From Lepidodermella squamata (lineage: Eukaryota > Animalia > Gastrotricha), in assembly GCA_047495785.1 (NCBI GenBank), contig JBLDXI010000054.1:1674001-1738000 (forward strand): a stretch of 64,000 nucleotides of DNA, written 5' to 3'. The notes beneath the pieces are model-generated. The model was given only the letters and a program-made list of their open reading frames with translations. It was not told where the DNA came from and searched no databases. Position 1 is the stretch's first letter; every line of letters begins with the position of its first letter. Both the position numbers and the translations under genes were made by a program. Shown here piece by piece: positions 1 through 8,567 of the stretch.

Positions 1-340
1 AAGCATGCTGGTAACTTTTATCTAGGCCTTCAAGAGGCATGACTTCAGAAATGTCATTGGAAGAGTGAACAAGGTTTACTGAAATTCCTTGCTTTGAAAG
101 AATGTCTTCCTTCTGTTTCTGAAGCTTAATCAGGTACTCGTACTTGTCCTCATCAAGAGTTTTACAATATAAGTAGATCTTGTGAAAAAAGGAGTTATGC
201 AGTATTGTCAACAGATCTGAAGTCTTTCCGGTCCCGGACGGTCCAATAATAAGACATCGAGAAGGATGCTGAGGGAAAAAGGGAGATCCATTTTTGTACT
301 CCTGTCGTTGTGATTGAACGATGCTGTCCCAATTGATCAT
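1..340 (-). CDS. Polinton packaging ATPase (A32/FtsK-like), 5' part; not in the ORF track
   Basis: Manual translation from ATG 340: MINWDSIVQSQRQEYKNGSPFFPQHPSRCLIIGPSGTGKTSDLLTIL...KIYLYCKTLDEDKYEYL...; Walker A GPSGTGKT; open to the window edge. Confidence 0.88.
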   Translation of the reverse strand, partial: MINWDSIVQSQRQEYKNGSPFFPQHPSRCLIIGPSGTGKTSDLLTILHNSFFHKIYLYCKTLDEDKYEYLIKLQKQKEDILSKQGISVNLVHSSNDISEVMPLEGLDKSYQHA

Positions 341-376
341 TTGCTCTTTATTTAGAATTTCAAGTCCTAATGAATA

Positions 377-1798
377 ATGTTTGACAGAATAATTAACAAT
401 TTGCCGGTGGAATTCCATTTACCGAGTTATCCCGTTCAAGGAGAAACCGTTCCTGGAGGGTCTTATAACAATAAGCAGTCATATAGCTACGCTGGCCCAG
501 GAACACATTTTGTTCAAAGAATGAGCCAGGGCTACAGAGGTATAAATGAGTTGGACGAGGCAGCCAGAGAACATGACGCTGCTTATCACTTTTACAAAGA
601 CAGAGAGCGACGCACCGTTAGCGATAGAATTCTTGCAGACAAGGCACTCAGGATTGCTAGTGATCGATCGAAAAGTGGTTATGAGAGGGCTATGGCAGCA
701 TTTGTCTACAAAACGTTCGTTGAAGGTGGAATCGCTGACCATCTGCAAGGGAAAGGCATGGCTCTTCGAGATAGGAAACCTGTTAGCTACTCGCAACAAA
801 TTCCGAAGCGAAAGACAAAACAAGAGGCGCCGCGATCAGAAACAGTTAGCAAAATGAAGTTTGAAACATTAGCTGAGGAGCTTCATAAACCCGCAAGAAA
901 GCGGTTTCCAAGACGTCGCGTTTATGTGCATAACGTTGACGACACATGGGGCATGGACATTGTCTTCATGAACGACTTGACCGATGACAATAATGGCTAT
1001 AAGTACATTTTGACCGTGATATGCTGCTTCAGCAGATATGCGTGGGCCGTCCCACTGAAATTAAAAGACGCAAAAAGTGTTTTCGATGCCTTCTCATCAG
1101 TTATCAAGACAAGCCGACGAAAGCCTAAAAATATTTGGGTCGATGAGGGCAGTGAATTTTATAATTCAATCTTCACTAAATGGTTGAAAGCAAATAAGGT
1201 GAATCGGTACTCTACCTATGAAAATTTTCATAACCCTATGATCGAGAGGTTTAACAGGACTCTTAAAACTAGAATGTGGAAACGCTTTACACTTAACAAC
1301 TCACGTAATTGGGTTGCAATATTAGATGACCTAGTTCGAGAGTACAACCTTACTAAGCACAGATCGATTCGAATGACGCCAACTCAGGCGATAGATCCAA
1401 AGAATAGACACATCGTTCACAACAATTTGTACGCGGAATCAGAGGAAAAAAAGTTACTTAAGCCCAAATTCGCTGTTGGTGACATAGTGAGGATCAGCCG
1501 ACTGAAAGAGACCTTTGAAAAAGGTTTCCACCCTTCATGGAGTGAAGAGCTTCTTAAAGTCGTCAAGGTTAACGAAACCATTCCTAGAACCTATAAAATC
1601 GAGGCTCTAGATGGTGAACCAGTAGTAGGTAGCTTTTACGAACAGGAATTGCAGAAATCTTCCCAACAGCAAGAAAACCTTTACCGGGTTGAAAAGATTT
1701 TGAGAAGGAAGAAAGTTAAAGGTAAAGAAATGGTTTACGTCAAATGGGCAGGATATGATAAGCCGACTTGGGAGCCCGCTGATAACTTGTTGGATTAG
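377..1798 (+). CDS. Fusion protein: parvovirus VP1-type phospholipase A2 + retroviral-type (rve) integrase + chromodomain
   Basis: PLA2 motifs YAGPGT and LDEAAREHDAAY; integrase DDE motifs WGMDIVFM, IWVDEGSEF, IERFNRTLK; C-terminal chromodomain YRVEKIL...YVKWAGYDKPTWEP. Confidence 0.93.
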   Translation: MFDRIINNLPVEFHLPSYPVQGETVPGGSYNNKQSYSYAGPGTHFVQRMSQGYRGINELDEAAREHDAAYHFYKDRERRTVSDRILADKALRIASDRSKSGYERAMAAFVYKTFVEGGIADHLQGKGMALRDRKPVSYSQQIPKRKTKQEAPRSETVSKMKFETLAEELHKPARKRFPRRRVYVHNVDDTWGMDIVFMNDLTDDNNGYKYILTVICCFSRYAWAVPLKLKDAKSVFDAFSSVIKTSRRKPKNIWVDEGSEFYNSIFTKWLKANKVNRYSTYENFHNPMIERFNRTLKTRMWKRFTLNNSRNWVAILDDLVREYNLTKHRSIRMTPTQAIDPKNRHIVHNNLYAESEEKKLLKPKFAVGDIVRISRLKETFEKGFHPSWSEELLKVVKVNETIPRTYKIEALDGEPVVGSFYEQELQKSSQQQENLYRVEKILRRKKVKGKEMVYVKWAGYDKPTWEPADNLLD

Positions 1799-1823
1799 TT
1801 CAATCATGACCGCACAGTGAAGC

Positions 1824-2123
1824 CTATGAGAGCAATTTTTGCAGTTTTGTTGCCAACATTTGATTTATAATTTCCTCTATATCCTTCGTCGTAAGGTTTT
1901 CAGACTTAGGCTCACACATTCTGTCACTTGTGATCGCTCCTTCCATTTGTGAAGTTACTTCATGACATTTTCCCTGTCCACGACTTGCTCTAACTACTTC
2001 CATAGTTTTCTTCCAGTAGTTTTTGCAAGCTATACGATGCTGATCACGATAGCCTGTCTCGCGTTCTTCTTCAGTCAGATATTTCTTCGGGCGACCTCTT
2101 TGCTTAATCGTGTTTGTAGTCAT
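1824..2123 (-). CDS. Small basic Polinton protein, putative DNA-binding
   Basis: ATG-initiated 99-aa ORF filling the gap between integrase and PolB; N-terminal AT-hook-like KQRGRPKK followed by YLTEEER... Confidence 0.6.
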   Translation of the reverse strand: MTTNTIKQRGRPKKYLTEEERETGYRDQHRIACKNYWKKTMEVVRASRGQGKCHEVTSQMEGAITSDRMCEPKSENLTTKDIEEIINQMLATKLQKLLS

Positions 2124-2215
2124 TATATATTATCATTAGAAAAAAACTATATAAGATTTTCTTCAATTGCGGAAAATTACTTAAAGATTATTTTCTTAGT
2201 ATAATATATACAATC

Positions 2216-5200
2216 ATGACCGACAACAGTGAAACCAATGTAATGGGACCTAACGGTCGTCGTATTAAGGTTGGTGGCCGAGCATACAATGCGCTATTGA
2301 GGAAGGGTTTTGAATTAAAAGATAACCGTTGGACGAAGGGTGGGATGCCTTACGAGAGAACCCAAAGGAAAACAGTATTAAATCCTATCACAAACAAATA
2401 TATTTCTATCGGTTCGTCCAACTTCAAAAAACTTGAAAAGGAGTTTTTCTATGACGAAGCGAATAATCAGCTTATGAAACGAGGTGTGAGCAAGATAAAA
2501 AGGGGCAGCCAGGACTATCAGAGGCTGCGTAAAGATGGCTATTTCTTGAATGCTGCTGGTGAAATGGTGTTCAGAGGGCAGAAAGAAAATCATGTCATAA
2601 ATCCTAAGACTTTGAAATTCATCAAATGGGGTGGACCAACGTACAACAAGTTGATTGCCGAAGGCTACAATTATATCGAGCGCATTAACTCTCTTGAGGA
2701 TAACAATTATATGGAATTTAATGAGCAGAAAAATCCCGAGCATTTCAAGAATATCCTTTATAGGTTAGACATTGAAGCTCATAATTCAGGAAGTGATTTC
2801 CATCTATTTACCGAAAAGGCTAGGGAATCAGTTGTTAACTACGTGCAAGAAAAATTAGAGCAAAATGATAACATCAAAATAGTGTTTAACGCTGATTTGA
2901 ATTGGAAAAAAGAGAACAATAGTAAATCAGAACATAAATGGTCTTCCGCTGTAAAGGCTGCCCCAGTTATCAGGAAATATGATGACATAGGGAGCGTTGT
3001 AGACCATCACTTCTCTCAACTTGGTGGTGCCATTGAGAATTACGAGCAGCGCGGCTCCGGATGGATCTTCCAAAACATTTCGCGACTCCGTGTTTGTGCT
3101 TTCAGCTACTGCCCGTTAGGGACAGGATCTTACATTCCAACACCGAAGTTTATTGCTGATAAAAAGGCCGTTATAAATGTTAAAAACACCGACGATGAAT
3201 GCATAATCTGGAGCATGCTGGCTTGCTTGCATCCAGTAGATAAAAATGCACAGGAAACATCCAAGTACAAGTTATTTAAAAATGAACTGAAACATGACGG
3301 TATCAAGTTTCCCATTTCGTGGAACGATATTTCAAATCTTGAAGATCAGAATAGGATAAAGATCAACGTGATTGAATACAAAGAAAAAGATGGTTGTCAT
3401 CGCCTTATTTCATACTACGCGTCGAAGAAACCTTACGCCCAAGAAGTTAACCTTCTGCGAACAACTCTCAGAGACGGTGCTAAGGTGATAGCACACTTCA
3501 GCTGGATAAAAAATTTGAGCCGGTTGCTACCTAGTTCTGATCAGCACAAAAAGCATTGGTGCTTACAGTGTCTGACTGGATTCGACAGCGAAATAAAGCT
3601 TAAAGAGCATAATTGCATAGTAAATGGCAACGTCATAGTGAAGTTTCCTCCGAAAGGTAGCCGAGTTATTTTCAAAAATTACTACAAGCAGCTTGAAGTA
3701 CCGTTCGTTTTCTATTGTGATGCGGAGACTACGCTAACGAATTCCGATGTTCAAAAGGGTAGGTCCTTGATTTATCAGAACCATGCTGCGAATTCCTTCG
3801 GATGTTTACTGGCTAGTAAGGTACCTGAGATCCGTTCGAAGTATTGGCAGTTTGAAGGGGCGAATTGTGCGGAGCAGTTCCTGAGATTCTTGATTAAAAA
3901 GCAATACAGTTTGAGGACATTTATCCAGGAAACCAATAAAGACATGGTGTTATCTCAACAAGAGCAACAAAGTTATGATAATGCACAGCACTGCCATGTT
4001 TGCCGAAGCGCCTTGGGCGACGATAAAGTCCGCGATCATGACCATCTTACAGGCCGTTTCAGGGGAGCTGCTCATAATGCCTGCAATCTGAATTTGAATC
4101 TCAAGCATTCTTTCATCCCGGTTGTTTTTCATAACCTGAGTGGGTACGATTCGCACTTGATAATGCAGGCAGCCGGAAAAGTAGTAAACGAAATCAATGG
4201 AGAAAAGATTGCAAATTTCAAAAAAGAAGACAAAAAGAAAAGACCAAACCTGTTGACGATTGACGTCATAGCTAATTCCTCGGAAAAGTATTTAAGTTTT
4301 AGTATAGGCAAACTGCGATTTATCGATACGTTTCAGTTTATGAGTGAAAGCCTGGACCAGATAGTCAGTAATCTGAAAAAATCGGGAAAGAGATTCGCTC
4401 ATTTTGATGAACAGCTTTCTAAGTTCACAACTGAACAAAGATCCCTGCTACTTCGTAAGGGAGTGTATCCGTACGATTATATAGATAGCCTCGACAAACT
4501 GAATGAAACTCAGCTACCGAATAAGTCACATTTCTCATGCAGACTAAATTCTTGTTCGCTTGATGATAACAAAATCGAAATAACTTCTATATCTGACGAG
4601 GATTATGAACACGCACAAGCCGTTTGGTCAAAACTGAATTGCAAAACTCTGAAAGACTACCACGACCTGTATTTGAAAACAGATGTTCTCTTGTTAGCAG
4701 ATTGTTTTGACAGTTTTCGAGACACCTGCAAAAGCTATTACGATCTGGACCCGGCGCATTATTTAGGTGCACCTGGGTTAAGTTGGGACGCGATGTTGAA
4801 ATACACACGTGTTGAACTGGATCTCTTTGATAATAAGGAGATGCTTGAATTCGTTGAAAAAGGCATAAGAGGCGGTATAGCTGTTATTCCTGGGAGGTAC
4901 GCGAAGGCTAATAACGAGGGTATGACAGACTATGACGCAAATGCTCCGAAATCGTTTATAATGTATTGGGACGCCAACGCTCTTTATTCTTTCGCGATGA
5001 CCCAGTGGTTACCGCAGAAAGACTTCGAATGGATTGGCCCTGAAACAATCACCAAAGATTTTGTGAAGTCACTTGGGGACCAAGACGAATTCGGGTACAT
5101 GCTGGAGGTTGATATCGACTATCCTGCAAGGCTTCATGACTCACATAATGACTATCCGTTCTGTCCAGAGCATATTCTTTGCGAACCGAGCCCTCACATG

Positions 5201-6259
5201 CAAGATCTGCATAAGCAATTAGGACTTAACAGGCCGGCGAAGGTGAAAAAGCTAACACAAAACCTGAACGACAAGAAACATTACGTCATGCACTATCGCG
5301 CGCTACAGCAAGCTCTTGATAATGGTCTAGTTCTGAAAAAGGTGCACCGAGCTTTGAAGTTCAAACAGAGCAATTGGGCCGAGCCCTATATCGCATTCAA
5401 TACTCGAAAGCGAAAAGAGGCTAGCAATGAATTTGAGAAGGGGTTTTTCAAACTGATGAATAACGTCATTTTCGGTAAAACTTGTGAGAACGTTCGGAAT
5501 CGCATTGACTTAAAACTGGTTACTTGCCCTAAGAAGCTTCAGAAACTCGTAAACAAACCAACATTCAAGGACGCTAAGAAGATAAGTGACGAGCTGTTCA
5601 GCGTGGAAATGGCAAAAACTGAGATCTTTTATGATCGACCAATTATCGTTGGAGCAGCCATTTTGGATTTGTCCAAGGTGCATATGTACGACTTCCACTA
5701 CAATGTCATCAAACGAAAGTACGGCGACAAAGCTAAGCTTCTTTTCACAGACACAGATTCGTTGTGCTACCATATCACAACTGGAGACGTTTACACAGAC
5801 ATGAAACCCATCGAAAACCTATTCGATTTCTCTGATTATCCTAAAGATCACTTCCTATTCTCAACTGTCAACTGTAAAACTAACGGCGTATTTAAAGACG
5901 AAGCAAAGGGACGTGTAATACGAGAATTCGCCGGAGCACGATCCAAGGTCTATGCAATTTTGTACTCAGAAAAAGATGAAATAAAAAAGGCGAAGGGAGT
6001 TAAGCGGCAGGGCGTGAAGTCGAAGCTGACATTCGACCATTACAGGGATTGCGTGAAGAACAAGAAAGTAGTCAATATAAATTTCAATCAGATTCGATCA
6101 TTCTCCCATAACTTAGTTACGATGCAAAGTTCCAAGGTTGCCCTGTGTCCCTATGATGATAAGCGATGGGTCAGTGATGATGGCATCAACACTTTCGCGC
6201 ACGGCCATTTCATGATTGATTTCATGCAGCTGATGAGAAGGAGCGATTCCCTCTTTTAG
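2216..6259 (+). CDS. Protein-primed family B DNA polymerase (pPolB) with N-terminal repeats, Zn finger and endonuclease VII-like insert
   Basis: Exo motifs YCDAE, FHNLSGYDSHL, YLKTDVLLL; pol motifs YWDANALYSFAM, KLMNNVIFGK, FTDTDSL; EndoVII-like CHVC...DHDHLTGRFRGAAHNACN; C2HC-like HWCLQC...KEHNC. Confidence 0.96.
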   Translation: MTDNSETNVMGPNGRRIKVGGRAYNALLRKGFELKDNRWTKGGMPYERTQRKTVLNPITNKYISIGSSNFKKLEKEFFYDEANNQLMKRGVSKIKRGSQDYQRLRKDGYFLNAAGEMVFRGQKENHVINPKTLKFIKWGGPTYNKLIAEGYNYIERINSLEDNNYMEFNEQKNPEHFKNILYRLDIEAHNSGSDFHLFTEKARESVVNYVQEKLEQNDNIKIVFNADLNWKKENNSKSEHKWSSAVKAAPVIRKYDDIGSVVDHHFSQLGGAIENYEQRGSGWIFQNISRLRVCAFSYCPLGTGSYIPTPKFIADKKAVINVKNTDDECIIWSMLACLHPVDKNAQETSKYKLFKNELKHDGIKFPISWNDISNLEDQNRIKINVIEYKEKDGCHRLISYYASKKPYAQEVNLLRTTLRDGAKVIAHFSWIKNLSRLLPSSDQHKKHWCLQCLTGFDSEIKLKEHNCIVNGNVIVKFPPKGSRVIFKNYYKQLEVPFVFYCDAETTLTNSDVQKGRSLIYQNHAANSFGCLLASKVPEIRSKYWQFEGANCAEQFLRFLIKKQYSLRTFIQETNKDMVLSQQEQQSYDNAQHCHVCRSALGDDKVRDHDHLTGRFRGAAHNACNLNLNLKHSFIPVVFHNLSGYDSHLIMQAAGKVVNEINGEKIANFKKEDKKKRPNLLTIDVIANSSEKYLSFSIGKLRFIDTFQFMSESLDQIVSNLKKSGKRFAHFDEQLSKFTTEQRSLLLRKGVYPYDYIDSLDKLNETQLPNKSHFSCRLNSCSLDDNKIEITSISDEDYEHAQAVWSKLNCKTLKDYHDLYLKTDVLLLADCFDSFRDTCKSYYDLDPAHYLGAPGLSWDAMLKYTRVELDLFDNKEMLEFVEKGIRGGIAVIPGRYAKANNEGMTDYDANAPKSFIMYWDANALYSFAMTQWLPQKDFEWIGPETITKDFVKSLGDQDEFGYMLEVDIDYPARLHDSHNDYPFCPEHILCEPSPHMQDLHKQLGLNRPAKVKKLTQNLNDKKHYVMHYRALQQALDNGLVLKKVHRALKFKQSNWAEPYIAFNTRKRKEASNEFEKGFFKLMNNVIFGKTCENVRNRIDLKLVTCPKKLQKLVNKPTFKDAKKISDELFSVEMAKTEIFYDRPIIVGAAILDLSKVHMYDFHYNVIKRKYGDKAKLLFTDTDSLCYHITTGDVYTDMKPIENLFDFSDYPKDHFLFSTVNCKTNGVFKDEAKGRVIREFAGARSKVYAILYSEKDEIKKAKGVKRQGVKSKLTFDHYRDCVKNKKVVNINFNQIRSFSHNLVTMQSSKVALCPYDDKRWVSDDGINTFAHGHFMIDFMQLMRRSDSLF

Positions 6260-6286
6260 TTAAAGCAGTGAGGCTTATAAGATAAG

Positions 6287-6574
6287 GTGAAAATAGCTGA
6301 AATGGAGCAAATGATCAAGTACCCCAAAAGCCCTCAGGAACTCAAAAGCCTTCAGTTCTATTTATCGAAATTGGATATGTACATGGATAATTGCTACGGC
6401 TGGGTGTTCGATTTCACCGAGGAGAATAATATATTACTGAATATCATAAATGACTTTTACTGTTTGAATTCTCGTGAAGTGGGCGAAATTCGACAATCTA
6501 ATTCGCTTCTGAGCAGTCATATTATTGAAAGTACGGATCGTGGAAGTTGGATAATGAAAAAGCAAAAGTTTTAA
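6287..6574 (+). CDS. Hypothetical protein, probably Polinton-borne (ATG at 6302)
   Basis: Intronless ORF directly downstream of PolB on the same strand; no recognised motif. Confidence 0.4.
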   Translation: MKIAEMEQMIKYPKSPQELKSLQFYLSKLDMYMDNCYGWVFDFTEENNILLNIINDFYCLNSREVGEIRQSNSLLSSHIIESTDRGSWIMKKQKF

Positions 6575-6577
6575 TCT

Positions 6578-6675
6578 AAAGAAAGAAAAGAAGAGGAAGA
6601 AGAAGAAAGAGAAAGAGAAAGAAGAAGAAGAAAGAGAAAGAGAAAGAAGAAGAAAGAGAAGAAAAGAAAGAAAAA
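6578..6675 (+). repeat. Polypurine (A/G) low-complexity tract
   Basis: About 100 nt composed only of A and G (aagaaagaaaagaagagg...). Confidence 0.95.
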
Positions 6676-6679
6676 TTCT

Positions 6680-6752
6680 CTGTTTCAGTGTGGACTCGAA
6701 CCCGACCCTCAAAACGGAAAGCCCAGTGCGTGAACCACTGAGCTACGGGACG
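6680..6752 (-). ncRNA. tRNA-like Pol III unit (SINE-like or viral small RNA); not a canonical tRNA
   Basis: Minus-strand A box TAGCTCAGTGG (6745-6735) and B box GGTTCGAGTCC (6702-6692) at tRNA spacing, T-runs just downstream, TATA-like tract upstream; acceptor stem does not pair. Confidence 0.55.
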
Positions 6753-7119
6753 AGGCCCAACCTATATACTTTTTATTACTTTATATAATGCTGTAAGTAA
6801 AAATTGCGAAAGCAAAAGTCTCCGCCCCGTGATGCCTGAAGGTCTTCTACGACTTTCCTTCCAGTTTAAAACATGCAGTTTTCACCGCAGTGGAGAACTG
6901 GTTGCTCATCTCCCTAACATAGAAGTTTTAACGACCTCACAAATGTCGTGATAGGTTTTTCGACGCTACCAAGGTCGTTTTAGTTTTACGTCTTTGGACG
7001 GGACCTTTTTACGTCGGTACCAGGACGTTGCTCAGTTTAACCGCCTGGGCAAACACGTTAGCGGCATCACTCCCCGTTTAAGGCCTAGGTACGGCCTGTC
7101 TGCTAGGGCAGACACTTTA

Positions 7120-7298
7120 TCCACTACGCCACGGTGTTAACACAAAAATGCGCTTTCTTATAATGCTTATAAAGGATGCGGTTCGACTCCATCTCGCGTC
7201 ACAAGTTTTTTATTTTTTCAAATTTGTTGTTGCATGTGCGAATAAAGTAACTGGTTCGATTCCAACTGGCGTCTCAACTTTTTTATTTTTTCAACTTT
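7120..7298. repeat. Cluster of Pol III box motifs: two tandem B-box + oligo-T units and a minus-strand A box
   Basis: GGTTCGACTCC (7180) and GGTTCGATTCC (7253) each start an imperfect ~45-nt direct repeat ending ttttttattttttcaa; TGGCGTAGTGG on the minus strand at about 7121-7131. Confidence 0.5.
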
Positions 7299-7347
7299 TG
7301 TGAATAGGCTTATGGAGACGGAAATCTTTTATCAAGAATAAACCTAT

Positions 7348-7922
7348 TCAGGAAATTATTTGTTTAATTGAATTTGAATGAAGAGAGATCAGGATCATAG
7401 CTGGAATTATTGCGGCGACGAATCTGAATTTCAAAGCGTTAGAGCTGTTACGTCGACTGGACTGTGACGTAGTATCGCTTGGAGGTGTCGTAAGAAGGTA
7501 AAACTTTTTATCGGTTGGTGGAATACAGAAATCCTCATGATTGCATTTATTTGAGCAACAAACGCATTCCTTCACAGCTCCCCAGCACGTATTTGTCGTC
7601 AAGTTTTGGAATCCACAAAACTGATCTTGTTTGAGTCTCACACCTGTACAGGTAGTGGATCCAGCTCGACATGCACATTGCATGAAAAGGTCAACTCTCG
7701 TGGCTGATGTGGTGTCACAGTCGGTCGTAACACTTTGAAAAGCCCAGCAAGCATCGCACTCGCTTTTTGCTATTCCGAGTGTGCTCCCGGGACTGACACT
7801 GCTATATGAGTAGCATGACAAGCCTATGCAACTGATTCTGTCAGCAGAAAAACTGATGCTGTTAATAACTTACAAAAGACCGCATTGAGAGATGTTAGAA
7901 AATATAGAATCGATGGGATCAT
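7348..7922 (-). CDS. Ly6/uPAR (three-finger)-like protein, predicted GPI-anchored; 2 exons (intron 7824-7873)
   Basis: Signal peptide MIPSILYFLTSLNAVFC, phase-1 intron, LSCY start, CCSNKCN motif, Ser/Thr spacer and hydrophobic C-tail. Confidence 0.75.
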
Positions 7923-8089
7923 GTCAACGACAATAAATGTACCAAGCTATCGCACTGACGGCGTTCGTGGTGAGAGCAGCTGCAAATCGATTTTCCCCAT
8001 AGCGACTGGGAGACTGTAGCCAGGCAACGACGCATCAAGCCACAGCGTTATGCCATCTGTTTATTATCAGTCTACGTTCAACTGCAAAA

Positions 8090-8567
8090 ATGCTGTTATT
8101 TCTTATTCTCACTCAGTTGCCCATCATTCATGCTTTGAACTGCTATCAGGGATTCCAAAACTTTAAGGGGAGCTACTACTCAACATTGACAGGAACGCAG
8201 CAGGCAGGGATAGGATCATCCACCGGCTGCATTCAATGTGTGGTATGTATGGCTGCATCATGCTTGAAATTGTTCATCTTCCCTTTATTAGAAAGTGGCC
8301 TATTCGTTCGAAGGAGGCAACGCAGGCTTCGTTCAATACACTTGCGTTGACAAGAACAGTCCGCCTTGCTCTTCGGGAGTCAGTTATCTTAATTTGACAA
8401 TGAATGGTTCCGGAACTTATTGCCAGTGTTGTGCTGACTTTTGCAACACCGAAACTTTGGACTGCGGTCCTAGTTGGGCAAGCAAAAAGAACGGCGGCCC
8501 TCGTAGCAGTATGATCAAACCAGCGCTATCACTCTGTTTGACCCTTCTTTACATTGCAATAAAATAA
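8090..8567 (+). CDS. Ly6/uPAR-like protein, predicted GPI-anchored; 2 exons (intron 8243-8291)
   Basis: Signal peptide, LNCY start, CCADFCN motif, hydrophobic C-terminus; a 49-nt GT-AG intron joins the two track ORFs in frame. Confidence 0.78.

Larger units (their letters stand above)
1..6574. mobile_element. Polinton/Maverick (adintovirus-like) element, partial; continues beyond the left window edge
   Basis: Intronless, densely packed ATPase, rve integrase with chromodomain, PLA2 domain and protein-primed PolB: the hallmark Polinton gene set. Right terminus/TIR not identified, so the end coordinate is the last ORF. Confidence 0.93.

Noticed and set aside
6434-6712. 92-aa Phe/Leu/Ser-rich minus-strand ORF
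   Set aside because: Translation of the polypurine tract and tRNA-like unit; not a credible membrane protein.
6680-6752. Functional tRNA gene
   Set aside because: A and B boxes are present but acceptor and anticodon stems do not pair.
6576-7340. Polinton right TIR and TSD
   Set aside because: Cannot be defined without the left end; no convincing terminal motif seen.
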